64,000 nucleotides of DNA from Rhizophagus irregularis (Eukaryota), in assembly GCF_026210795.1 (NCBI RefSeq), contig NC_089431.1, positions 434,001 to 498,000 on the forward strand, written 5' to 3'. Of the stretch, positions 1 through 12,841 are shown in pieces. The position numbers and the translations under genes were made by a program. A model generated the notes under the pieces. The model did not search any database, was not told the DNA's origin, and worked only from the letters and a program-made list of their open reading frames with translations. Each line of letters starts with the position of its first letter. Positions within the stretch are counted from its first letter, which is position 1.

Positions 1-460
1 GATTTCTTCTAGTGTGAGGATTTTTGCATGAAGAACAAACAGCTATTCTAAGTGTAGGGGCAGATTTTGGATGAAAAATCAATTTGATATTTGGATAATT
101 ATAACGATAATGTTCCAAAGGATAGGTTTTACTTTGATCATAATTTTCCCATTTACATTCAACAGGATGAAGTAGTTTTGCACAATAGCTGCATGGGATA
201 CATGGGTATTGGTATAAAATTAAATTATCAAATCTTTCCATTAAATTTTTAAGGGTTCTAGAAGGTCGCCAAGGAGCATAGCTGCTATAAGATACAGGAA
301 AGCTTGATGTCAGGGTAGTATTGTTAATAGTAGGAAGTCGACTATGGTTTGAATTAGCATTAAATCTAACTGTAGTTCCTGTTAGAAATGTCCAGTCGAA
401 CTCTTGAGACCCATTATTTGTAAAATGATCTGCTGTTAAATTAATAAAGGTGGCAGGCAT
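1..460 (-). CDS. N-terminal part (runs off the left edge) of a probable Helitron/Helitron2-type Rep-helicase (PIF1-like) protein
   Basis: Hand translation from ATG at 460 is open to the window edge: [13 protein letters not shown]...[15 protein letters not shown]...[13 protein letters not shown]. Cys-rich N-terminus resembles, from recall, Glomeromycotina Helitron-like PIF1 proteins. Rep and helicase motifs are not in the window. Confidence 0.5.
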   Translation of the reverse strand, partial: MPATFINLTADHFTNNGSQEFDWTFLTGTTVRFNANSNHSRLPTINNTTLTSSFPVSYSSYAPWRPSRTLKNLMERFDNLILYQYPCIPCSYCAKLLHPVECKWENYDQSKTYPLEHYRYNYPNIKLIFHPKSAPTLRIAVCSSCKNPHTRRN

Positions 461-929
461 TCTTATTTATATTTTTAAAAATTAGAAGTTTGATGATGCG
501 TTTTTATAATAGTTTTCTAAAAAATAAGAAATTGAAAAAAATTAAGACGAAGGATAAAAGTCAAGATAAAGCTCATATAATTTTCACATTTCTTTATTAA
601 TTGCACAAAATAAATAAACGGTAAAGGAAGTGTATTTTCAAATGATATAATACATTTGGCGTAATATATTGTTGCAATATAAATATTTCTCCTGTTTAAT
701 TATTATATAGTACAATATTATTAATATTTTTATTTGAAAATTCTATTAATGGTTAAGGTTAGTAAAATATAAAGAGATTATTAAATATCATAAACAATAT
801 ACCAAATTATTTACTATATTATTTTACGTGATAAATACACAACGCAATTTAATTAATAAAATAGGTATCTTGTTTATTCAAATTTGGAAAAAGGAGTTCA
901 TTTGTTTGTTAATTATTATAATTTATCAT

Positions 930-1430
930 AATAGACTTTGTAAAATATTATTATAAACAGGCGGATTATTTTTAGCAAGATGATTTCATACGTTTTACAT
1001 AAATCTAAAAGAATCTAGGAAATGATCTGCATATTGTTTTCCATTCTTAGTTAATGGTTAATTTATTTCGTTATTGATTTTTTGTCTTATATTTTAAATT
1101 TTTAATAACAAAAAAAAATATAATTTTTATTAATATGTCTTAAATAAAATAAAAAGAAAGAATAAAATATTTTGTTTTAAAAAAAAGGTGATATAATTTA
1201 TTATAACAGACTTTATAAAATATTTTTTTTTTTAGCAGGATTTCGAAAATGATCTGCATGATGTAATTATCATTGTTTTCCATTTTTATTTAATAATAAT
1301 TGATTTATTACGATATTGATTTGTTTTTTAAATTTTTAATAATAAAAAAATATAATTTTATTAATAATTAATGTGTGTTAAACAAAATAAAAAGAAAGAA
1401 TAAAATATTTTCTGTTTTAAAAAATAGAAT
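930..1430. repeat. Degenerate direct duplication of roughly 230-270 bp
   Basis: gaaaatgatctgcat...ttgttttccatt...aaatttttaataa...aaaataaaaagaaagaataaaatatttt occurs at about 1019-1175 and again at about 1245-1415. Confidence 0.7.
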
Positions 1431-1448
1431 ATAATAGTGTTAAAAGAT

Positions 1449-2866
1449 TTATGGCGTACTAGCCACATTACTACTAGAATCATTCGATTCATCATTTTCT
1501 AATAAACTTGCTACTGCTAAACCCATAACTCCCTGTTCTGAATTTGGATTAAGTTTTGTATCACTACGGGTTTTTACCTTTTTTGTACTAGACAGATTTG
1601 GTTTTTTTGGGGGGGCAGCACGTTTTCTTGGATTCTTAGGTGATTTTTTAGTTTGTATTGGTGGAATTTCTTCAATTACGATGCAATTATTATTATTTAA
1701 AGAAGGGTTAAGTTGTGATGAATTAGATTCATGAGATGTATTTCTGGGTGGAATATGTTGTAAATTAGGCGAAAATTGATGGGGCATAGGATGTGTTTGA
1801 TTAAAATGAGGGTATGGTAAAAGAGTTGTGTTATTTAAATTAGGTGAATTTGTAGAATTAGGTTGATAAGATTGGGGGTATTGATGGTAAATAGGAGTAG
1901 AAGATTGTGATGGTGGAGTTAACGAAATTGATGGATTGGAAGTTACATCCTGAGTAATATGATTAGAAATAACTTGTTGTGATAAAGATAAATTGGAAGT
2001 TTCAAGAGAAGAAAGAGAGGAATTTGCAGGAGCAATTTGATTAGAGTTAATATTATGAGTAGTTGTAGTAGGTGAAGATTCTTGTAGATTCAAAGAATCA
2101 TAAAATCTGCTAATAATATTAGCCTGAGAATCTAAGGAGGCGGCATTTGATGAATCAGATGAGGTATTAGGAGATTTGCTAATATCTTCATAGTCTATCT
2201 CAGTGGCATTTACTATGATGTAGTTCTGTTTGGCCGCTGCGTAGTGGCCAACTATATTGAACACTTTATCGCTATTCCATTGTGCTGCAATATTTGCCCA
2301 TCTTTGTTTTATAACATTATACAAAATGCCAAAATGAAGACGTGTCTTTTCATTGTTATATGCACTGTAGATATCTGTAGTTGATTTAAGGGAATTCACA
2401 GTGTCAATAATTTGGTGAGAGTTTGGAATAGGTCGTGAGAAAAAAGACATCACAGGAGTTTGATCAGGAAGGTCTTTGCGCATATTCCCACCTTCATTTC
2501 GTTTAAATGTATAAGCACTTGATAAGACCAACTAAAAAAAATGCAAAATAGTTAAATTTTAAATTAAGCAAAAAAATTTTTTATAAAATAGATATCAAAA
2601 TAAAGTAGATAACTAACTGCAATTGTTTCAATACCCTCTACTTTGATGAATGTAAATTTTCCAAACATATGTACAATGTCATTTTCGTTAAAGGATTGAC
2701 ACTGTTTTGAATGAGGTCCTTTGCGTGTATTATAAAAAACTTTCCATTTAAATTTTTCATAAGACTGTGGTCCTATTTTGAAAACTGCATCCCCAAACTC
2801 TGCTCCAGATTTTGAATCATTAAACTTGGTTTCTACCAGACAGAATACGCTCATAGTAGCAGCCAT
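1449..2866 (-). CDS. Two-exon hypothetical protein (443 aa): beta-rich, possibly OB-fold ssDNA-binding N-terminal half; S/N/P/Q low-complexity and basic C-terminus
   Basis: Exon 1 2866-2618, intron 2617-2532 (GTTAGT...TTTAG), exon 2 2531-1449 in frame. The OB-fold call is inferred from the beta-strand pattern (DIVHMFGKF; VFNIVGHY...IIVNATEIDY). Confidence 0.75.
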
Positions 2867-3148
2867 TTTTACAATTTTGTTTTATTTTTATGAAAAAGAT
2901 GACAGAAAATTTTTATATAATATTTATAATTATGAAAATTTTCTTTTTTTTTAACGAAATCAAAAGATTATTGATTTTATATATATATATTATATTGATT
3001 TTTGATATTTGTCTTCCTTTTTTAAAATTTATTACAATCTTTTTTTTTCATAAATTCAAAGAATTTTTTTACTAGGTTGAAATAAGAAAATGATTTCCTT
3101 ATTAAGATTAATCACTTTTTTTAAGAACGATAAATCAGCTGTAAATAG

Positions 3149-3709
3149 TGTAAGACCTAAGCCTGTATAACGAAACGTTTTGGTATCTTATTAGGACTTA
3201 ACAAAATAACACTTTATTAATAATATAAATAAATACAATAATATACTTGGTTTAATAATACTAAATAGTAATTAAATTAATATCCTAATTTTCAAATACA
3301 TTCCCAAATTTGTAATGTTAATTTCAATATTTACGCCTTTATATATGATTTTATAAATAGTCTCCTAAAGAAACATTCTGCGCCTTTTAACACTATGTTT
3401 TACTGAAAAACCTGTAATTTCCTATCTCATAAAATTTCTGCTCATACGAACTACAAGTATTGGTACATATTATTTTTCATGTTCTTAAACTTTTAATTTT
3501 TCTTCATTTTTGACCTTCAAACCATTTCTTTTAATATAAGTATTCTAATTATAGATTCTTTCGTCATGATCTACCAATTAATCACCTGATTTTCTAATCA
3601 CTTGATTTATCCTGGTTAAATAACAGATAATTCAGGACGTAGTCACCTGATTCCTTATTATATAGTTTAACGTCATTTCGTACCATTTGATATACAATTT
3701 TAAACTACA
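3149..3709 (-). mobile_element. Solo LTR (561 bp)
   Basis: Termini TGTA...TACA; 4-bp TSD ATAG at 3145-3148 and 3710-3713; AATAAA about 65 nt before the minus-strand 3' end; no ORF. Confidence 0.7.
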
Positions 3710-4099
3710 ATAGTGATATAGTGATCTGCAAATTCGTATCATAAAATTATTTAAAAAAAAAAAATTATTATTATTACGATAAATCAGTGATATTAGTGAT
3801 CTATTAAAAAAAATAATAATAAACTAATGCTAAATTGTACTATAACCTAAATTTTTGAAAATATAATAATATTTTTTTTTTATATTAATAAATATTTAAA
3901 AGTTACTGTAAATTTCCTATTAGTAAAATATTTTTAATGGAGTAAAATTATTATTAAAAAAAAAATCAAAAAATCATTAATTAAGAAAAATTATTTTGAA
4001 AGTATTTTCCTTTTTTAAATTTTATGAATTCTTTAATAAAAATTTTTTTTAGATAAAAAGATATATAAAGATAAAATAAATAAATAAATATAAATTTTT

Positions 4100-4470
4100 T
4101 TCAACGAAAAAAAATTTTTACAAAAGAGAAAAAAAATAAATTAAAAAGGAAACCCATTTCCTTTTTCATCTTATAAATTTTTTTTTGATTTTTTACGAAA
4201 AAAAATTTTTTACAAAAGGAGAAAAAAAATAAATTAAAAAGGAAACCCATTTCCTTTTCCATTTTTATAATTTTTTTTTGATTTTTTTTTTCATAAAAAA
4301 AAAATAAATTTTAACGAAAAGAGAAAAAAGTAAATCAAAAATGGTAGGGTATTTCCTTTTTTATTTTTATAAATTTTTTTGATTTTTTTTTTCAACAAAA
4401 AAAAAGTTTTTTACGAAAAGAGAAAAAATTAAAGTAAAAATGGAAAGTTATTTCCTTTTTCAATCAAAAA
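4100..4470. repeat. Tandem repeat, ~100-bp unit, about 4 copies
   Basis: Recurring tttac(a/g)aaa(a/g)gagaaaaaaa.taaa.taaaaa..gga...atttccttt units. Confidence 0.75.
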
Positions 4471-4497
4471 AAAATCTAAAAAACGTTAGCTTCGCTA

Positions 4498-5672
4498 TTT
4501 TTTTTTTTTTTTTTTAAGGTTCAACTCATATATTTATTAATTTTAGAATAAAGATACAAAACGCGAGTTACAAAAATAAAGCTCTAGCTAACTAGTTACT
4601 AAATAGTTGTGGGGGGGATAAGAATTAATTGCTCTACGAGATGATCTAAATCCCACTGCCGACCCATAAACAACTTTCACCCATCTACTTGATGGACTAC
4701 TGGAAGACGTATCAACCTTAATAGCGTTTATAAACTACACTAACACCTACTGCACCTTTAATTAACTACACTACTACTAATAAATTAAAAATTCTATAAA
4801 CATAATAACAAAGAGCTACGCTATTATGGTACACAACAATTATAGTAATCAATTATTTTTCCTCCATATCTAATGTAATTAACTAATCCTTCTGTATCAT
4901 TATATTTTTTATCTGTAGGAGGTTTTTTTGTTGTTATACATTTTTCTTTACCATATTGTTCTTTTAAAACATTTTTTGTAATTCCTAATGCGATATTAAT
5001 TTCATGATAGACAGAACATCGTTCATTCCAAAAATCTCTAATTAAATTGAAAGAAATTTTCCGGAAATTATATAAAATTTCCTTTGTTTTTTTATAATTT
5101 TTTAATTTTCCATTAATAAATTTACATAAACTTAAAGGAATTATTCCTTTTATTATATCAATACTTGTAAAAAAATCTTCTCTAATTGAATTATCCCAAA
5201 TATAAGGTAAATCTGGCAAATCAATATCTTCTACATATAATGCTTGATTTTCTATATGATCATTAATACTATCAATTAAAATTTGTTTTATCTGTTGAAT
5301 TAATATAAAATTGTCTTCTGATCTTTGGTTACATGTCCAAACATGATTAAATTCTTCTTTTTCTATATTACATATTGGACAAAAACGATCTTTAAAAATT
5401 GAAAAACATGATTTTTTAATATGTTCTATTGTAGGTATTTCTTCAATAAGAAATTGAACCTTTTTTCGCTTTAACTTAGATTCATAAAAATCTGTATGCA
5501 TAGTACCTTGGTCTCCTTGTAGTAGATAAAATGTAATTTCCCAATCTACTTGTAGTTTTCGATATTTATAATTTCGATTAAGATTTAAAAATTGTTCCAG
5601 ATTAAAAATATTTGTATATATTTTTAAAAATTTTCTTAAACTTAATTCTATTGGTACACCATTCCATTTAGG
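4498..5672 (-). mobile_element. 5'-truncated LINE (non-LTR retrotransposon) with poly(A) tail
   Basis: 18-bp TSD aaaacgttagcttcgcta at 4480-4497 and 5673-5690; T18 at 4498-4515 (poly-A on minus); carries the ORF2 C-terminus and a 3' UTR. Confidence 0.9.
4824..5501 (-). CDS. LINE ORF2 C-terminal fragment (zf-RVT-type CCHC zinc finger)
   Basis: CPIC-x8-H-x3-C (CPICNIEKEEFNHVWTC) and a downstream WNERC motif; the frame stays open upstream to the 5' truncation near 5672. Confidence 0.85.
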   Translation of the reverse strand: MHTDFYESKLKRKKVQFLIEEIPTIEHIKKSCFSIFKDRFCPICNIEKEEFNHVWTCNQRSEDNFILIQQIKQILIDSINDHIENQALYVEDIDLPDLPYIWDNSIREDFFTSIDIIKGIIPLSLCKFINGKLKNYKKTKEILYNFRKISFNLIRDFWNERCSVYHEINIALGITKNVLKEQYGKEKCITTKKPPTDKKYNDTEGLVNYIRYGGKIIDYYNCCVP

Positions 5673-6235
5673 AAAACGTTAGCTTCGCTATACTAACATA
5701 TATATAAAATTATCTGAGACTTTTTCATCCAAATTTGGACTTATGGTTAGATCAAATGCAAAATCTAATCCATAAAAATGCACTAACTAATCCATAAAAA
5801 CACACAATTTTTCACAATTTTTCATAATTTTTCATTTTAAGATATGATTGTCAATGATCTAATGCATTCCGGGATATGATCATCATTTTGGCACAAAAAA
5901 ATCTATCGAATTATTTGATATGAGGGTTAACTAAATATAATACAACGCCCCACAATTAATAAATTCACTAGGTAGGTTCAGAGTTCAGACGCTACACTAC
6001 TCAACCTTATGACAGAACATATAATAATCTCTCTTCATCTCATCTCCTATTATTGTACCTTTCATACTTTCATCACCATCCCACCTCTCACAAAGATTCG
6101 TCCGAATTGTTGGGCCAAATCAGGTTACTATATTTGACTTGACCCAACCTGTAACCTGAAAAATGTTTCAGATTAAATTGAAAAATATAAAGATATCGGG
6201 TCAGAATGTTACATAATAAAAAATTTTATTATAAA

Positions 6236-7711
6236 CTAGGTGTAACCCGTCGCGCTGCGCCGGGGATAAAACTTCTTAGTATTTTGATAATAAATATTTA
6301 CAATATGGTAAGATTAGACTAATAAATTTATATAATTTATTTAATTTACATATTTAATTCTATTTCATCATTTTTAGGTCCTTTAGTTCTTCCAGTAAGG
6401 TTCAGTTTTTCACTTTACATTTCGTTTCTTACTCATTTTTTTATTTTTTATTTTGTTTCTGTTTCATATTTCGTTTTTCACTAATTTATTTTATTATTTT
6501 TCAGATATTTTAGTTCTTCAGTTCTACAATTAATAAAGGTATTTTTTTTATTTTTTTTTATTTTTTTTTATTTCGTTTTTATCTTATATTTCATTTCTTA
6601 CTAACTTCATTTTTTGTTTACTTTATGGTTTATTTTTTACTTTGTTTCCTCATGATCACTTTTTTATTTTTGTCTCTCATCATTTTTCGCTTTATACTAC
6701 TTCTCATTATTTGTCTCCCATTATTTTCTATTACATCTTCATCTGTCTCTCAATGACTTCTTTTCATTTTCATTACTTCTTTTCGTCTCTCATCACTCCT
6801 TTTTATCTTTCATCATTCCTCTTTGTCTTTCATCACTTCTTTTCGTCTCCCATCACTCCTTTTGTCTCCCATTACTTCTTTCGTCTTCTATCACTTTTTT
6901 TCGTCTCCCATCACTCCTTTTCGTCTCCCATCACTCCTCTTCGTCCCTCATCACTCCATTTTGTCTCTAATCACTCCTTTTTGTTTCCCATCACTCCTCT
7001 TCGTCATCCATCACTCCTTTCCATCACCCATCACTCCTTTTCGTCTCCCATCACTCCTTTTCGTCTTCCATCACTTCTCTTCGTCCCTCATCACTCCTCT
7101 TCGTCTCCCATCACTCCTTTTCACTTCTCTTCGTCTACAATCACTCCTTTTAGTCTCCCATCACCCCTCTTCATCTCCCATCACTCCTTTTCGTTTCCCA
7201 TCACTCTTTTTCATCATCCATCATGTCCTATTTTTCCTTTTTTGTTTCCTATCACTTCTCATTACTCTTTTTTACTCCCTTTTTACTCCATTGTTATTTC
7301 ATTTTTTTTATTAGCATCTTTCTCCTTGATCATTGTCATTTACTTATCTTTTTTATTTATTGTTATTGTTTTTTTTATTGTATCACTTCATTAAAAATAA
7401 ATACAGTGATTTTTTTCTTTAAAATCGAAAATGTGTGACTTAAATTTTAAAAATTTCATTTAATAAGATTATTTGAATAAATATGTTTGCAAAAAAAATT
7501 TTTTGAAAAATATCTTCGCAATAAAATTTTGTTTAACCGATCAAAAATTAGCTAAGTTAAAAAAATCTATACGTTTTCCGATCAAATAAATGGCCTTAAC
7601 TTTTAAGTTTAAATCAGGCACTGAATCATGCTACACAATTCAAGATTATTTATACAGACTTAATCTAAACGTTAGAAGATCGACATGTATTTTTTTATTA
7701 TATTATATAGA
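6236..7711 (-). mobile_element. Non-autonomous canonical Helitron (1476 bp)
   Basis: Minus strand begins A|TCTATATAA at 7711 and ends with hairpin CCCCGGCGCAGCGCGACGGG followed by TTACACCTAG|T at 6236; inserted in an AT dinucleotide with no TSD. Confidence 0.85.
6780..7225 (+). repeat. Pyrimidine-rich minisatellite, ~20-bp unit (TCGTCTCCCATCACTCCT(C/T)T), inside the Helitron
   Basis: Roughly 20 degenerate copies; explains the spurious S/P/F/H-rich ORFs at 6642-7438. Confidence 0.9.
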
Positions 7712-7907
7712 TTTTTTTTATTATTAATAACTTATTAAAATATAAATATTTTTTGAATAATAATATTTAATGGAATTGAATATAAAAGTTTATACAAAAC
7801 CACTGCAATTTAGTGATGTTTCGATGATGCATCGCCCGTGCGATTAATTAAAATTAATTTTTGAGATTGTCACGGGATATTTTTTTTATAAAGGTTATTT
7901 CCCTACC

Positions 7908-8017
7908 CTAATGGAAATCTTCTTTACATAGCTCTCGAAATCATTCTGAAAAAGAAACACTTTTGCACCTGGTATTTATAGTATTTGGTATGATTATATG
8001 GGAAATTTCGTCTGGTT
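7908..8017 (+). pseudogene. Small degenerate protein kinase fragment (subdomains VIII-IX)
   Basis: With frameshifts reads GNLLYIALEII...GIYS.GMIIWEISSG, matching YGVLPYMAPE...DIYSFG..MWE..SG of the kinases in this window. Confidence 0.6.
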
Positions 8018-8029
8018 AATTTTGCGCGA

Positions 8030-8520
8030 AAATTCTTGCCAGGGACCCGGCCCATTGATGGCTACTCTAACCCAGCGGTTATCGTGAGTGCCGCAGACTC
8101 AAACCTCGATGGCTCTTGCGCGACACTTCTTTCTGAATTACTAGGTTTTTTTATAATTTGCAGAGATATTCCTAAGGACCAGTTTCCTACGCAGGTCGTT
8201 ACTAAAGGATAAAGTATCAAGGAGAAGGGCCCGCGAGTTGAGAACGGACTGCTCCATTTGCAGCCAATTTTCATAAGTCTCTCCTAACTCCTCCGACGGT
8301 TATAAAGCATAAACCATCCTGAGAGTGTTATGAGCACAGAGGAAGTCCTATAGAGTAGCATGCTATAGTTCTTTTCTGTCTCTTTGACCACATAATTTTA
8401 AGTGGAGTGAAGGATATATCTTTATTATGTGGTTCTGCTCGTAAAATTTTATTTTTAACAGCAGGTCCAAGTGAGTTCCCACTGTAAATTTTTGTGGGTA
8501 GTTGAGAATTAGAGTCATTT
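8030..8520 (+). ncRNA. Candidate structured non-coding RNA of unknown identity (strand uncertain)
   Basis: GC-richer island with no credible ORF; many stems visible by eye, including a crossing pair and an 11-bp stem (8386-8396/8424-8434). See findings. Confidence 0.35.
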
Positions 8521-9613
8521 CCTTATTTAGTTAAAAGTTTATTTGATCAATGATTATTTAATTGTGATGTAATTTTGTGCTTTGCAACTAATAAAATGGT
8601 GATATTATTTGATATTTGTTTATATTTGGATACTCTGAGAAATGATAGACAAATATTATATAAAGAACAAATAAACAGACAAATGTCCATGTCTATTAAA
8701 ATTTCTAATTCATTGTGTCAATGATTCCATCTCACTAACGCATGATACAATCTTAAAATTAACTTATTTCCTATAACTAATTTACTAGAAAATCATATAT
8801 TATAACTTATAACACTATTAAAATATAATTCTTGAATAATTAATTATCTTCGATAAAAATATTTATAAAACTACCCACCTAAAAGCAGGATTTTTCTTGA
8901 TTTTCGAGTTAACGGAACTGAAAATATTTTGAGACCAAATAAGGCCATACAAACTTGATTTTATGGTTTTCATAATATAAAAATTTCATCAATAACCCGG
9001 CAACCAGGCTTTTAATTTTTTTTTTCTAAAATTTTATATGCAAAATTTTTTTTCAATTTTTAAAAAATTCTCACCCGGCATAGTAATAATATAAAAAAAT
9101 TTTTTTTTAAGACTTAACAAAACTGACCCGGCCGGACTATGAAAACCATTTTTACCACTTTGTGTCGCCTAAATTCGATGATAAAGTATTTAATACTATT
9201 TATTTGCAACGGAATAGTATACAGTACGCGAAAAAATAATTACAATAATCAATAATTCCTGCATATAAATCCGTTTGGCAAATAATTTTACTGGGTTATA
9301 CAGTAAACATATTTACTGTGTGTTAAGAAAAAAATTGACCTCCGAAAACTCTTTATTAAACCTTCAATAATGCATCAATTTTAACATAATATAACTTGTC
9401 TGAAAGCTTAAAACTAGAGCTTACCAAAAAGAAAAATATTTATTGTTGGGTCAGAGAAATTAATGATTATCATCTTTTTCATATTCATCCAATAAACGAT
9501 ATTCAAAAAAAAAAACAAATACATTTTTATGGCACAGTCTGAAGTATTATATTTTATTAAATTGATGGTAAAAATAATATCATAATTTACATATAAAAAT
9601 CTGTAGTAAAATG

Positions 9614-12600
9614 CTAAACATTTGACCTAATTGATCTTATAGAACCGGCTGATAAATGTCTATTTCTATTAAAATCTATAATTTCATCATGCCGATTACA
9701 CCATCTTATTAACAAGTGAAACGATCTTAAAATTAGTTTATTCACTATAACTAATCCACCAGATATAATTACAAGTGATGGAATAAGATCATACGTCACA
9801 ACACTATTATAGTATAATATCTGAATAATCAATTGTGGTATATCTTCAGCAAAGATATTTATGAAACTACCCCAAAGTATAATATTTCTTGACCTTTGTG
9901 ATAATGGGGCTGAAAATATTTTGAAACCAAATAAATTTGATGTCAAAGTATTTATTGCTAGTATATCAATGGCTGAAAATATTGTACAAATTGACAATAG
10001 TGTTGGAAGCTCTGAAAACCAAGTAAAGAACATTGGATTCATAGCTACTTCAGACAAAAGAATATTTATAGCCAATAAGAAGCTGACTACATGTGGAACA
10101 ACAAGGAATACCATACTAAATAATAATAAATAAGAAAATTATTAATGAATCTTTGAAATAATAAAAATAACATAACATTAAACAAAATTTCTTACTTTGG
10201 AATTACCAAGTGTGGAGTATTATTAACCCTTGATAATGTGAATATTAAATCCACAGCAAAATCCTGCATTATTAATGCAGTCTCAAATATGGCAATATTT
10301 CTTCCTTCAGGGTTTTTCCAACGTGCCAAAAAATATAATATTATTAATATTACCATACTTACTAAAAATATTATAATTAGTGGCAAAAATTTTCCAAAAT
10401 AACCTGTAAAATAATAGAATTAAAAATTTAATGAAATATTAATTATTTACAAATATCAAAAATATTTAATGAACAACACTTACTGGTTATTGTAAAGGAT
10501 GCACTTTCATCAATTAATGAAGAATATTCATTATTAGAAAGTGCAGTAAACCTTTTTCTTTCAATCAAAGTGCCCAAATTATCAAAGATTGTTTTGGAAC
10601 TTGGTTCCATGGCACTTTTAGCTTCATTTATAGTAAATGATAACAACACTTTTTTGGGGAAAGTGGGGTCATTTTGCCATTTACCATTTGTTGTTATCCT
10701 CTGTTCATCTACCGGAATTATTTTGGAAAATTCTTGAATTATATTGTTGAAAAACTCCGACTGATTTGTTTGAAGAAATTTTGAACTCCCTTCTTCATTC
10801 AATCGAAGTAACCCTGTGACTGAAGCTGAATGTTGTCCGGTCTTAAATGGCTCTAAATATAATAAAGAAGTATAAATTTTTTTATTTGATCAGTAAAAAA
10901 TTAAAAAATTAAAAAATTAAAAATTAAAAAAAATATATATATTACTTGTTGAAATCATCCAAATTTTCTTATTAATTCCTAATAAAGGTTCATTTCTCTC
11001 TTGAGAAATGACAAAATTATTATTAATCACCACATTATAAGAGGAATTTGGCTGATTAAATGTACTACTGAAAATTGGAATATGCACAGTATGATTATCA
11101 CTTCCAATAGTACATAGTTTGGAATCTCCTGAGATTGTTTGCCGTAATAATCTTGGCTTGGATGGGTCATCATTTAACTGAAATATCGAAATATTTGCAG
11201 TAGATAACCTTACTGGAATGCTATATTTAATTATAATTTCATTGATTAATAAAGGATCAATAACTTCATTGATAGCTGGCTTTGTTGATTCAATTGCAGG
11301 ATTATCATATCCAGCTCCTATAAATCAAAAAATTTTTTTATTAAAAAAAAATAAAATTAAAAAGTAAAAAATAAATTAAAAACTTACCTTGATTATTCAA
11401 TCTTAGTAAAGGTTTCAATAAAAATTCTAATTTATTACCAGTTTCCTTTACTCCCAATAAAGTACTATTTTTTCTGAAATAACTAATAATAACAAACTCT
11501 GGGCCAAAAGATCCCCCTGATTTATAATTTCCATTATTATCTAAAATATAAAAGTTCATTGCCTTTGTATTTGTATAATATTTTTCTACAAGAAATCCTC
11601 CATAAATTAAACTTGACAAATCAAAATTGCCTGTATTACTTATTTCTTTAGGGACCATACCAAATTGTACAAAGGATCCAGTTGTTAAAAATTCTAACTG
11701 ATAATAATTCACTTCAGTTCTTGATTGATCCTTATTTGTAATTGTATTGTTTAATGATACAATACATATATATCCTGCATTATTGTTATAAAAACATGAT
11801 TTAAATGCTATACTATTTAATTTTGTAGTAGTTTGGTAGATAAGAGAAGGTATTGTAGATGAATATGTTTCCTCTCTTAAAAATGAAACATAAATTTTCC
11901 AGTATTGAATATTTGGATCATTTGTTGCTGATGATCCCATTTCATCGTATTTTAGAATATATGCATATCCAATCCCTCCATCAACTAAACTAAAATTAAA
12001 ACTATTTACAAAAGTATATGATAATAGGTTTGGTACACTAAACTCGCCACTTCCAAGTTCCACCACTTTTCCTGTTGTAATATCTCTAAAATAAAGATGA
12101 AAAAGTTATTCAACTGAACAATGAAATATTTAAAAAGTATTTACTTGTAAAATACTTACGGGGTACTAAGCCAATGCCATGCTGCTAATCCTCTTTTATC
12201 ATGTTCTTCAATACGAATAAAACCTTTTCCCGATGTTCCACTATCTATAATATAGTCATTAACATTTCCTAAGTAGATTTCACTAAAAAAATAAAATAAA
12301 TTATTATTGCCCTTTATAAATGAAGATACAACAACATCTAAACTTACTTTATAATCTCACTATTATAATTAATTATCAAGCCATACTTTCCCTTAACACC
12401 ATTGTTTGATTTAACATAAATTATCATTATGTAATTATAACCTAAAGGTATATAAGTTATATTAATGGGGCAAACTGCTTCTGGAGGAAAAGTGTAATTA
12501 AGGTCTATATATGTTATTCGTCCTGTTCTTTCTATCAATCGTAAATGAAAATAAGGTAACATGCATGATGGATCTTCCTTATCTTCAAAGGCCATCCAAA

Positions 12601-12841
12601 TCATCAAAGTACCTTCTGAAAGTGTGTAAGTTTCATATAGTTTAAGACCTTCTATAGGTTCTTCATAAGTGTACCATATATCTTGATCTGATGTATTTTG
12701 GGGTGGTGTATTTGGAAATGATGCATTTTGAGATAATATATCTCGAGATAATACATTTTGAGATGAAACAAGAAAGCAACAGATGGAGGTTAAATATATA
12801 AAGATGGTCAACATCTTTGCCAAATTGAACATTTTTAACAT
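9614..12841 (-). CDS. Seven-exon receptor-like membrane protein: signal peptide, large extracellular region, C-terminal multi-pass TM domain with an EDIPQ motif
   Basis: Exons 12841-12348, 12282-12160, 12085-11388, 11317-10946, 10852-10484, 10403-10196, 10115-9614. All junctions are GT-AG and frame-compatible. Hydrophobic N-terminus (MLTIFIYLTSICCFLVSS) and several C-terminal TM helices. Confidence 0.85.

Noticed and set aside
6642..7438. ORFs of 250, 163 and 71 aa
   Set aside because: Translations of a stop-poor pyrimidine minisatellite inside a Helitron.
8030..8520. RNase P/MRP, SRP, U snRNA or group I intron identity
   Set aside because: GAGGAAGTCC resembles RNase P CR-I but no matching CR-V was found; no snRNA, SRP or group I core motifs recognised.
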